From a virus (lineage: Duplodnaviria; Caudoviricetes): a stretch of 64,000 nt of DNA. The notes under the pieces are model-generated. The model searched no databases. It was given only the letters and a program-made list of their open reading frames with translations, and was not told where the DNA came from. The stretch lies in the IMG/VR virus record IMGVR_UViG_3300021978_000001, positions 64,001-128,000 of that record; one strand, given 5' to 3'. Below, in pieces: positions 9,801 to 18,340 of the stretch (the first letter of the stretch is position 1; every line of letters begins with the position of its first letter). A program made the translations under genes and the position numbers.

Positions 9801-11251
9801 AGCACCACGAGGTTTTCAGGCTGCAAGGCACACGCGTCCGAGAAGATCTTGCGAAACCCATCAGGCGCGTCCCCCTTGATCTGGAAGTCTGGCGCGACCG
9901 CCGCAGCGCCGATGTAGTCTACCTGGAAATGACGCGTGCCCTTGACACCCGCCGAAGATTTCTTCCAGGCGGTAGACAGTTCCCCCTTGACCAACTTGTT
10001 GAAGTTGTGCGCGAGCAAGCTGTTGAAGTCCACCGGACCGAGGCTCACCATGTGGCGAAGGTCATAGATGTCATCAGGCGTGATCTGGTCCGCGAACAAC
10101 CCGAGCGGGTGCCCCGTCACGAACTCCACGGTTGCACCTGTATCATGGTTGCTCTCTGCGGTGTTCTTGGAGCCACGCTCGCTCAAGGTGATGGTGTTTC
10201 CGACATACGAGCTGTATGTCATGATCTCACCATCGACCCGCAAGAGTCCGCCTGCGGGGTCGAACGTGGTCGCGCTCTGCGCTGTATCCACCGCGAGCGT
10301 CGTGGCGTCTGTGTCCACATCAGCCGTGAGCGTGATGGTAGGCAACACGGTCGCCTGGCTGCGGTCCGTCATATCAGGGAAGCGGTTGAATGCTCCTGCT
10401 TGCTGGAGCGCTGACCACGACTGCGTGGAGCGGCGAAAGACAAAGCACACGGGGATCGCGTACACGTACCCATCCACGGTCCCGAGGAGCCCGTTGGCAC
10501 CATCACCATCACCCGCACGCCACAAGCCGGGGTCACCGAGATTCTCACCCTGGTTGGTGAAGGTGTAGAGCGGGTTTACCGATGTCGTGGGTGTTGCGAG
10601 GGTACCCTGTGCCTTGACCTGAGCGTTGAAGCCAAAAGGATTGAGCGCGGGGTTCACCGCAGATACCACGCGCAAGCGATACTGGATCTGTACCCGTTCT
10701 GTCGTCTCGATACCGATAGCAGGGTCGATGAAATCCATGGTGGGGTTGGTCCCACCATACTCCACGTTCCCGTAAGCCCATACGGTGTCTTGCGAAGGCT
10801 TGTTGGCCGTGCCATCAGGAGAGAGCTGCGCTTTCCATACTTCCAGGAAAACAAAGTTGACATCGGCGTCTGTCGTGGTTGCCTGGGGAGGTGGCAACGT
10901 GATTGCGTTACGCGAGTCCGTCGAGTTGGTCCCGAGCAACGGAATCAACCATCCGTTGACGTTTGCCCAAACCACATCACCCTCGGTATCCGAGAGGTTC
11001 TTGCCGAGCCAAAAGAGGTTGGAGGCTTGACGCGCGGTCTGGTAGTCATCGCGCGCACGAACCGCATCCCCCACAAACCCCGAAGGGATGTTGGCAGAGA
11101 GCAACGCCTGACGCGCGCTCTCGGACACCTGAGAGATCAGGTTAAGCTCCGAGTCGAGCGGGGGCCTGTTCTGTTGGAACACCGTCGTCACAAAGTTTCG
11201 TGCGGCGGGGGTCAGCGTCCGGGAAACGCCATCTCCGAGGTGGTCACTCAT
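6815..11251 (-). CDS. Large virion structural protein (tail/baseplate), 1478 aa
   Basis: N-terminal F..V.QQ.RP.LD.ELN motif; shares DPGLWRAGDGD..LGT.DGYVY.IPVC with 18341..20926. Confidence 0.85.
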   Translation of the reverse strand: MSDHLGDGVSRTLTPAARNFVTTVFQQNRPPLDSELNLISQVSESARQALLSANIPSGFVGDAVRARDDYQTARQASNLFWLGKNLSDTEGDVVWANVNGWLIPLLGTNSTDSRNAITLPPPQATTTDADVNFVFLEVWKAQLSPDGTANKPSQDTVWAYGNVEYGGTNPTMDFIDPAIGIETTERVQIQYRLRVVSAVNPALNPFGFNAQVKAQGTLATPTTSVNPLYTFTNQGENLGDPGLWRAGDGDGANGLLGTVDGYVYAIPVCFVFRRSTQSWSALQQAGAFNRFPDMTDRSQATVLPTITLTADVDTDATTLAVDTAQSATTFDPAGGLLRVDGEIMTYSSYVGNTITLSERGSKNTAESNHDTGATVEFVTGHPLGLFADQITPDDIYDLRHMVSLGPVDFNSLLAHNFNKLVKGELSTAWKKSSAGVKGTRHFQVDYIGAAAVAPDFQIKGDAPDGFRKIFSDACALQPENLVVLGTNGATQDATDLPFNPAVDIFRQDAANAEDWNTGDVISIALDQYRNTFSSANDEKVRFVHPFEYDDTDHATFKLWFGDTDPESADPAKQEALTIAQGDADPHFVVLGTPLTDLAVASSGQADVAFTNTTLAVVPGAASGSSVNVGLDFTADAATIVDAGAYLLLTPGDDPTATQPENHGAFKVVGVDANGYLVVTNPDGTEPVFDTATTTNRTWGLYLEACSEQDDQVFIALASTAAVGTDTALYLSYDLLYHPLSGLARAPERGLYVDLDAATPSNYLREDDFENVVSSPAATVKRSPALPASAFPHKRHDEFVPRDGETLFNTETVWGEAYVDPGSKTLIYQPMRNISMRLDPQPVPSARSYTDVTSLFNLGVASDSLLIPREIRGGLGRHDVPFVTSMAAGSANSTAPAYGINHLLLSGSQNVNAPFVQQRLVAVYDPVNLTSSDFGTYPDLSAVGGGPGGTNALVCRYYNQGGVRGIEIPANYGIARLFAIYHQDDFYNISPGVSNFAPTVTAPYRTDAGIGRDNLLREDGERRSLIITADNTFVIPEDVLDQSYLTVNLENTPLVFEFAAFFFDDWQAEYTRIHRLAAAGVAGQSYQVFVPGPSEAGDQLSVVSTRVPYQGAIYGTMPISTTDTASVEFVDYVPKRTAETPTEVLQLATPFTDPADARVENGAVVEILAAMPFATTLGTGAIAGPVVPGSYTDVGYLTLADYPFTDLTDAPRPARVRAHPAPAGTTPIARVVGETLLGATERLPMGLLTSDAQFLAEGLGEAYERFWVPSLSMDVPGDYRQDYPLSKSFMEGALLVSDGTAAGSAALTGYDPSFNLYRTYRGGTAAVASGRNPGGAFALTGPRVSKDLSYVTSPRTQDLSMHGGVMLGVALLVRTQKELVTTSDREATYGEELQIVVATGLQLGKDLDVSTGALSKEFVDLVLQTHPTGLGEGRNAVDRYRVEGRPLVKGARRLITPDQVDVFPARDPSLPGVDPCVCP

Positions 11252-11295
11252 GTCTATCTCTCAAGTGGTAAGGATTCTATATCTCAAGCGGTCAT

Positions 11296-11922
11296 TCAGT
11301 ACAACACTGCGACCGATCCGAGGTAGTAGCGCTGGCTCAAGCTGGTGTTCTCGAAGCGTACACGCAACTGGTTCCCGAGACCGGCAAGGGTCGAGGGAAT
11401 CAGGTGGGACACTTGAGTGTAGGTGGCACCATCATCATTGGAAATAAAAGCATCAACAAGATCCGGGTCCACGCGCTCGTAGACCACTTGTGTGGTGCGC
11501 GTTCCTGTCCTCGTGATACGATAGAGATCCCAATACACCGCGAAGTCATCGAAGACGCCGCCTGCCGAGACATCAATCGTGTCTGTCTGGAGACGCCCCG
11601 GGACCGCGAGGTCTCCGTTGTAGTTTTCAACATAGGCGGTATACGCGCCCACGCCCGCACGAATATCAGGGTCCGTCAGGTCCCAGACACTCTCCGATGC
11701 AAGATCATCGAACCATACGTTCGAGTACCTCGGTGCGGACGCCAGCAGGGCAGCGAACTTCTGGTCCCGCAGATTCACGGCGCCAAAGCCATCCACTCCT
11801 TCATCAATCGCCAGGTTCTCCGGTACATCGATGACACGGAATCCCTGCGTCGCGACGCTACTCAAGCGAGCATAGCTGGCCTTGATTTGATTGGATACCC
11901 TGTCGATCAGGTAAAAAGGCAT
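11296..11922 (-). CDS. Virion structural/tail-associated protein
   Basis: 208-aa beta-rich ORF within the structural operon. Confidence 0.75.
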   Translation of the reverse strand: MPFYLIDRVSNQIKASYARLSSVATQGFRVIDVPENLAIDEGVDGFGAVNLRDQKFAALLASAPRYSNVWFDDLASESVWDLTDPDIRAGVGAYTAYVENYNGDLAVPGRLQTDTIDVSAGGVFDDFAVYWDLYRITRTGTRTTQVVYERVDPDLVDAFISNDDGATYTQVSHLIPSTLAGLGNQLRVRFENTSLSQRYYLGSVAVLY

Positions 11923-11931
11923 GTCACTTCC

Positions 11932-14900
11932 TTATGCGAAGTTGTTGTAGGTGTCCTGATCTACCGCCAAGGGCAAGAGATCGGTGACGCCTGCGCCGAT
12001 GGTAAAGTTGGTCGAACCACCCGAGTTGATCGCCGTGTTGCTAAAGAGCGTCGCGACTGCGTTGTTATCCCCCACGACAATCGCGCCCGAGTCTGTCCCG
12101 CTGACATAGTAGTTGCGGAACAAGCTGCCCGTGACGACAAGACGCCGTGGCGTAGCTCCCACCTCATCTTCAGTATAAATGCCATAGTCGCCTTCATACA
12201 ACGTCCCGGCAGCGATCCCAGTGGAGTGAGCGAAGCGACACCCTGTGACGATCACGCTCTCGGTCTCTCCCGTGATGCGGATCGCAGCGTTGGTGTTGTG
12301 GGTGAAATCACAATTCGAGAGTGTCACCTTGGGCTCGGTGTTCAAGCCAACGCCCCCCTCCTCGAACAGCATGATCTCACGCGTCAAGACATTGAGCGCG
12401 GTGCCATCGTTTCCAGGACGCAAGGCCGTGAAGTTGATCGTTGATTCCCCCATCACCAGGCTACCGCCCGTGATCTGAATCAATCGATCCGCGAACGCTA
12501 CCGTAGGTGAGTAGAGCATGGTCACGCCATGCATGGTCGTGGTGCATGTCGTCAGCAACAAACGCCCGGCAAACTCCGAGCCTGTCATCGTGATGGTCCC
12601 CGAGGTCATCTGCAACTCGGGATGGATCGAGGTTCCTCCTCCCGTGAGACCTTCACTCACAAAGCGCGAGTTGGAGATGTTCACTTGAGAGCCGTTTCCT
12701 CCCGAGAGCACCAGGACGTTCTCTGCGTAGGTGTTCTCGAACGAGAGCACCGCTTCCAATCCAGGGAGGAAGTTGAACGAAGAGGTATCCTGGCGCACAT
12801 CAAAGATCTGGCAATCCGAGAAGCTCACCTCTGCGTACTGGAGCGCCGTGCCCGCGAAGTCGTCGATGATGAGCTGGTCATTGCGGTAGCTAAAGCGCGT
12901 CCCCTCTGCCGAGAAGAACAGCTTCGCGCTCGCGCCGGTGCGTGCCACAAACCCGGAATCCTCGGAAAGTACGATGTCACACTGCGTGAAGCGCAACGCA
13001 GGGCCTACCGTGGAGGCATCCACACAGGATACGAGCGGCTGCTCGCCCTCCACCGCAATGAACGAATTGCGCGCTTGCACACTTGACCCTGCACCGTAAA
13101 GTACGATAGCAGGTTCGCGCCCCACGGTCTGATTCCTGGCGAAGAGCACGGAATCCTCGACAATGAGTTTGCTACCTGCGGCGGAGAACTCCACGAGGCG
13201 CTTGATGTCCGGGCTCGTCATCCTCACGCGCCGAAACTCCACGAGCGTCAACGCACTGACAAACGTTTCGATGTCATCGGTAGACTGAATCGTGAGGTCC
13301 TCGAACAAGATCTTGTCAGACGCCGTGGCACCGAGGTTGCGGAACATGTCCGGCGCGGTACCACCTGCCTGTGTACCGAAGTTATCGGTCGAGAGCGTTC
13401 CATTACGAATCGTGACATTGAACGCGCTCGTCGCGCTCCCTGCTGCCAGGCCATCTGACTGACCGAAAGCGAAAGGTCCTGTGCCCGCGCCTCCCGTGTA
13501 CTGTTCTACAGCGAGCGTATGCCCCCCGAGATCGAGGACGGTGTTGGAGGGGATGTACACGACATCGCCCGCAGGCTCGGTCAAGGTGAAGTTTTCGAGG
13601 AGCTTGACGACGAACGCCCCGTCCGGGTTGGTGATCGTCGTGTTCCTGAGCGCGACATAAGCCATCGCGCCCTTGAGCGTTCGGAACATCCCGTTGGCGC
13701 CCACCGTGATGACGTTGGCTTCGAGCTGCTTGTTGGCGTAGCGTCGAATGTCATACAAGTCCTCTGTTGTGATCGAAACGCCATCCCAATCCACTTGCAC
13801 CAGGGGAACGCCCGCGCCCGCGCCCGTCTCGAAGAGAGGATCGAAGGCACCGTCTGTAGAGTCGATCACCGCGAGCGCATACGTCTCGTAACTGAAGTAG
13901 ATGTAGTACGTGCCCACCGGATCACCCGAGAACTCGAACTGAGCCGCTGGCGCCGTACTGATCACCGTACCGCGAAGGTCCGTGAAGTTCGGGTGCTTGA
14001 CCACTGCCTGGGTCACATCGACCCGTGTCGCGGTCCCGAGGCTCGCCACCCCGCCCGAGATAACAAACTTCGGGTAGGTCTCGTTGGTCACCTGCGAGGC
14101 CCCACGCAAGCTCGCATCATAGGGTACACTGCGGCCAGAGGTGCCGCCCGAGAGCCGTACATCCTCGACATCCGATTCGATCTCTTGCGAGGCTGTATCA
14201 TAGCCCCACTCGCGCTCGATGCTCCCATCAAACGCGACTTCCTGGATGATGTTGTACGGCGTGGTTTCGGTGTCCACAGGGATACCGAACCCTGCATGCG
14301 CGTTGCCCGAGCCAAAGAACAGGTCTCCTGTAGCTTCAAAACGCAAGCGCGTTCCTGTCGCGTCGGTCACCGCGTCCACATTGAACGTCTGAGCGCTCAA
14401 GCCGAGCGCTCCCTCTGCGGCGGTGTATGCAGCTTCGAGGGAGGCCGCAAGCGTCGCGGCAGCAGGAGCAGGACCGGCTGCTTGCGTGTAGCCGAAAGGT
14501 ACACCGTTAGCAGTAATCTCGAAGACATCGTTGGCGCCGCCCACGACCACGGGCCAGGTGGACTCGTATGCCGAGAACGCGCGCTTGCGTCCCTCGGTCA
14601 CGCGCCATTCATACTGGCTGTCCGTATCCTGGGAAGGGTCGAGCTTTGGACGCAGGGTGATTCCCAGCGTCCGTGCGCTCTGGCTGTTGTAGAGACCCAT
14701 GGTCAACGCGGTGCGTCCGAGACGACGTGAATCGACCCCGAGGCTGCGCGCTTCGAGCGTGGCGCCCTGGCTGTTGGCGACTGTCGATCCCGACTCGATC
14801 TGGAGCTGCTCGTTGCTCGACTGACCGTGATAAATCGAATCGCCTTCGGTGCTCGGGAGCTGGACCGTCAATCCCTGCTCCCCTACATCGAGGCTGACCT

Positions 14901-16338
14901 TACGTTGTCCCTTGAACGCGGGATTCGGTCCAAGATCCGAGGCATATACCTCGACCCCTTGCGACACCTCTGGCAAGCTGCGTCCATTATGCGCAGCAAA
15001 CACGGCAAACAGGCGAGGGCGTCCGTTGGCGTCCGTGTAATTGTTCGGGTTCAAGTCCCCACCCGCCGCTGGGATTGGCGTCGAGAGGCGAATGAGCCCC
15101 TCGGTATAGTCCACGAACACTTGCTGGGGTCCGGTGACCGAGGGGTCGATCGTGATGTTTTCCAGATCCGTGATCGGGTTATCAAGGTCAGGCACACCAC
15201 CAGCGGTCGCAGGGTACAACGTCATGCCATACCCAGGGACAGGCTCGGTGTTCCCCGCGAGGCTCACATCGAGCGCGAGAGACGCCGCGACACGCGCGCG
15301 CTCCTTGACTTGCGAAGGCGCGATCAGGTTCCTGACACGGATCGTGTCGAGGAGCACGCCATCGTCTGCCTCGAAGATCGAGTTTCCGAGGAACTCATCC
15401 CGCACCGCGAACGGATCATTGGCAAGCTCTCCTACCGTATACACGACCTCGACCGTGGTCGGGAGGTCATCGAGATCGGTCGGAAGCTCGGTTCCATAAA
15501 AGGGATCGAGCACGAGCGTTTCGATGTTTGGCGCGCCTGGGGTGAATGTGACATCCTGCACGTAGTAGAATGACCCCCCGAGCGAAGCCCAGTCCCCCGT
15601 ATTGAAGGTCTGAGGATCATTGTGCGAGGCGACGAGTTGCAGGCGACCTTCCGAGGTCAAGCTCGCGACCACCGAAGAGCTATCCATGGAGACAGCGCTC
15701 GCGCGCGCAGGCCATTCATCCGGCAAGCGCGTCATGTACACCAGAGATTGCGTATCATCATCTCCAGGCCACGCGAGCAAACGCACCGGCTGTGGCAAGA
15801 CCACCTGGTAGTACACGTTCGAGATGCTCCCGAGCGCGCTCGTGTACGCGCGGTCGAGTGTCAGGTTCGCACCCGCAACCGCGTCGATGCCATACGTGTC
15901 CGTATACAGGTTGGCCAGCGACTCGTTGACCCCTGCGGCGTTGGTGATCACCAGGCGGAGATCACTCAGGGTGAAATCCGAGGCGAGGTAGCTCATGTCC
16001 GCGACGCCCGAGGTGAACGTGGTCGAGCTGTTGTTCAGAACACCCGTGGTGCCTTCTGCAACAACGCGCGCACCATAAACATGTGTCTGTTGCACGAGGC
16101 GACGATACCGATAAGGCGTGGTCGCGGGGACCGACTGCGCGAACAAGGCGTAATCATCCACATCACCGAAGAACCGGACATCACCTTGCGAACCGAGCAA
16201 GGGTCCGAACAGGTGCTTTGACGGCGAAGGCACCACACCCGAAGGCAGAGTCTCCTCTTGCGCCGTGAGGTTGTCGTCCGTGCTGGTCTTACCGTCTAGC
16301 GCCTTGCGGACAATATCTTGGTCGAGGCTATCAGCCAT
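11932..16338 (-). CDS. Tail fibre/tailspike-like protein with C-terminal right-handed beta-helix
   Basis: About 1468 aa; C-terminal half has pectin-lyase-like repeats (NVTIRNGTL, ILFEDLTIQ, VTLSNCDF). Confidence 0.8.
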   Translation of the reverse strand: MADSLDQDIVRKALDGKTSTDDNLTAQEETLPSGVVPSPSKHLFGPLLGSQGDVRFFGDVDDYALFAQSVPATTPYRYRRLVQQTHVYGARVVAEGTTGVLNNSSTTFTSGVADMSYLASDFTLSDLRLVITNAAGVNESLANLYTDTYGIDAVAGANLTLDRAYTSALGSISNVYYQVVLPQPVRLLAWPGDDDTQSLVYMTRLPDEWPARASAVSMDSSSVVASLTSEGRLQLVASHNDPQTFNTGDWASLGGSFYYVQDVTFTPGAPNIETLVLDPFYGTELPTDLDDLPTTVEVVYTVGELANDPFAVRDEFLGNSIFEADDGVLLDTIRVRNLIAPSQVKERARVAASLALDVSLAGNTEPVPGYGMTLYPATAGGVPDLDNPITDLENITIDPSVTGPQQVFVDYTEGLIRLSTPIPAAGGDLNPNNYTDANGRPRLFAVFAAHNGRSLPEVSQGVEVYASDLGPNPAFKGQRKVSLDVGEQGLTVQLPSTEGDSIYHGQSSNEQLQIESGSTVANSQGATLEARSLGVDSRRLGRTALTMGLYNSQSARTLGITLRPKLDPSQDTDSQYEWRVTEGRKRAFSAYESTWPVVVGGANDVFEITANGVPFGYTQAAGPAPAAATLAASLEAAYTAAEGALGLSAQTFNVDAVTDATGTRLRFEATGDLFFGSGNAHAGFGIPVDTETTPYNIIQEVAFDGSIEREWGYDTASQEIESDVEDVRLSGGTSGRSVPYDASLRGASQVTNETYPKFVISGGVASLGTATRVDVTQAVVKHPNFTDLRGTVISTAPAAQFEFSGDPVGTYYIYFSYETYALAVIDSTDGAFDPLFETGAGAGVPLVQVDWDGVSITTEDLYDIRRYANKQLEANVITVGANGMFRTLKGAMAYVALRNTTITNPDGAFVVKLLENFTLTEPAGDVVYIPSNTVLDLGGHTLAVEQYTGGAGTGPFAFGQSDGLAAGSATSAFNVTIRNGTLSTDNFGTQAGGTAPDMFRNLGATASDKILFEDLTIQSTDDIETFVSALTLVEFRRVRMTSPDIKRLVEFSAAGSKLIVEDSVLFARNQTVGREPAIVLYGAGSSVQARNSFIAVEGEQPLVSCVDASTVGPALRFTQCDIVLSEDSGFVARTGASAKLFFSAEGTRFSYRNDQLIIDDFAGTALQYAEVSFSDCQIFDVRQDTSSFNFLPGLEAVLSFENTYAENVLVLSGGNGSQVNISNSRFVSEGLTGGGTSIHPELQMTSGTITMTGSEFAGRLLLTTCTTTMHGVTMLYSPTVAFADRLIQITGGSLVMGESTINFTALRPGNDGTALNVLTREIMLFEEGGVGLNTEPKVTLSNCDFTHNTNAAIRITGETESVIVTGCRFAHSTGIAAGTLYEGDYGIYTEDEVGATPRRLVVTGSLFRNYYVSGTDSGAIVVGDNNAVATLFSNTAINSGGSTNFTIGAGVTDLLPLAVDQDTYNNFA

Positions 16339-16342
16339 GAGT

Positions 16343-18331
16343 TCATCCCTCAATCAGTTCGATCTTGTAGATGGCGAAGTCACCACCTGTTGCTGCCGTG
16401 GAGCCGTCCTGGATGCTCACCGCGAAGTAATAGGCGTAGTATCCACTTGCAGAGTTATACAAGGGGAATGTGGCCATGCGAAGCGTGAACAGCACGCTTT
16501 GTGTGCTCTCGACCTCATACGCGAGCATCGCACCCCCAAGCTCCGTGGAAAGTCCCACGGTGAGGGTGGAGAGTCCGTTGAAGAACGCGAGCGCGACACC
16601 CGAAGAAGACACCCCTGTACGACCCACGGCCAGGAGATCTTCACTCAAATCTGCGGCACCTGCGGTGGGATTGCCAATCACGCGGAGTTGGAAATCACGC
16701 GTAGGCTTGGTCAGCCCGAACGCACGGAGATAACTGCGTGTTCCGGTCAAGCCCGAATAGTTCGGCTGTGCGACGCCTCCAGGGAGATTTGGGACGTGGT
16801 TGACCGAGTAGTTTGTATCAGGATATGCAAGCTCCCCCCCGAGGCCCGAGACCCCCGCAGGGATCGTATGTCCCGAAACAATCCCGCGCACCTGAAGATC
16901 GGAAGCTCCGAAGACCTCGGGGTCAAACGTCGAGTTCACGCCGCGAGGATCAGGTTGAACCGTCGCGAGGTCCGCCCCTGCATAACGCGTGACCTCATCA
17001 ATGAAGTTCTCCGTCTGGATGCGGCTCACGGGAGGAATATCACCCGGGAACTGGAAGGTCACCGCCGCGTTCCCCAGGATATTGCGTGCATCCGAGTTGA
17101 CCTCGATGTCCTGGCGATTGAACGGGTCCGTTCCGAGAAGCTCGGGCGACCCGATCAGGGCAAGCTCTCCGTCATCGGGCTCGAACTGCAAGGTCAAGGC
17201 CGCCGCTGTGGCGGTCGATCCCGTCAGGATTGGGTTGGGCGAATAGTCCGTATACAGGGGGGACTGAGCGCCCTCGTTGCTGCCATTGTTGTAGCGCAAG
17301 CGCAACGCATCTTCCAGGAAGGTGTCCGCGTACAACCCATCCACATCAGTGGTCAACTCGAAATCATCAGCGGGACCATAGTAGGTCACACCGCTCATCA
17401 CGCGTGGCGTCGCTTCGGCGGTATCCGCATCATCGACGGGCGTGAAGGTATAACTGTTGATCGTGACCCCCGTCGCGACATCCGCGTCACGATAAAGGGG
17501 CTCCGCGAAGAGCTGGAAGTCCGCGAACGCTTCGTAAGGCTGCGCTGCCTTGTCCGCGAAGTAGTCTTCTGCGGTCTTGTAGTGCACGAGTTCGATGATC
17601 CCGCGCAACCCCGAAGTCAACCCGAGGTCAACCGTGATCACGAAGCGCGCGAGCTGGTATCCCGCGTAGTCCACCGCAAACGCGTCATAGACAGGATCAG
17701 GTCCAGCTCCCAGGAACGGGAAGTTGGCGCGCGTGTAGTCTGTGAGTTGAGGCAAGCGATCCGAGAGCGTGATGTCTACTGGCAAACCATCAATCGCGGC
17801 GCTCGCAGGCGCGACAGGCACATCCGCCTGACCGATGATGCGTGCAGGCGAGGCACTCGCTTCCGGGTCACCCTCGGTGAAGAGGTTGCGTAGGATAATC
17901 GCTTGCACCACGGTCCCATCTAGCTTGACCGCGAGCACGCCACGGTCAGCCGGATACAGAATACCCGAGATCTCCAGGTCTTGTACATTCACCAAACGCG
18001 CCACGGCGCCCGTCGCGGTCCCATCAGGGTAACGACCGAGCGCAGGTGTCGGGTTGTATGCCAGCCCGGGAAGATTGAGCGGGTTTTGTGTCTCGTCGAG
18101 GCGGTTAGGGCGAGGCAAGGGCGCGAGGTCATTGATGACGTTCAGGTTCACCTGGACGTTCTCACCTCCGAGCAACGGTGGCTCGACGCTTTCGACATCT
18201 TCTGCGAGGACGTCCGGCTGGAGCGCGGCGCCTCCCCCTGGTGTGAACGTCAAGGACGAGGAATCCACCGAGCCTTGACCGGCGCGGCCCGCCCCCACGG
18301 TGATTTGACTTGGGTCTGTATTGCGTGGCAT
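16343..18331 (-). CDS. Virion structural protein
   Basis: 662-aa ORF in the structural operon. Confidence 0.8.
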   Translation of the reverse strand: MPRNTDPSQITVGAGRAGQGSVDSSSLTFTPGGGAALQPDVLAEDVESVEPPLLGGENVQVNLNVINDLAPLPRPNRLDETQNPLNLPGLAYNPTPALGRYPDGTATGAVARLVNVQDLEISGILYPADRGVLAVKLDGTVVQAIILRNLFTEGDPEASASPARIIGQADVPVAPASAAIDGLPVDITLSDRLPQLTDYTRANFPFLGAGPDPVYDAFAVDYAGYQLARFVITVDLGLTSGLRGIIELVHYKTAEDYFADKAAQPYEAFADFQLFAEPLYRDADVATGVTINSYTFTPVDDADTAEATPRVMSGVTYYGPADDFELTTDVDGLYADTFLEDALRLRYNNGSNEGAQSPLYTDYSPNPILTGSTATAAALTLQFEPDDGELALIGSPELLGTDPFNRQDIEVNSDARNILGNAAVTFQFPGDIPPVSRIQTENFIDEVTRYAGADLATVQPDPRGVNSTFDPEVFGASDLQVRGIVSGHTIPAGVSGLGGELAYPDTNYSVNHVPNLPGGVAQPNYSGLTGTRSYLRAFGLTKPTRDFQLRVIGNPTAGAADLSEDLLAVGRTGVSSSGVALAFFNGLSTLTVGLSTELGGAMLAYEVESTQSVLFTLRMATFPLYNSASGYYAYYFAVSIQDGSTAATGGDFAIYKIELIEG

Positions 18332-18340
18332 GGAAGCTCC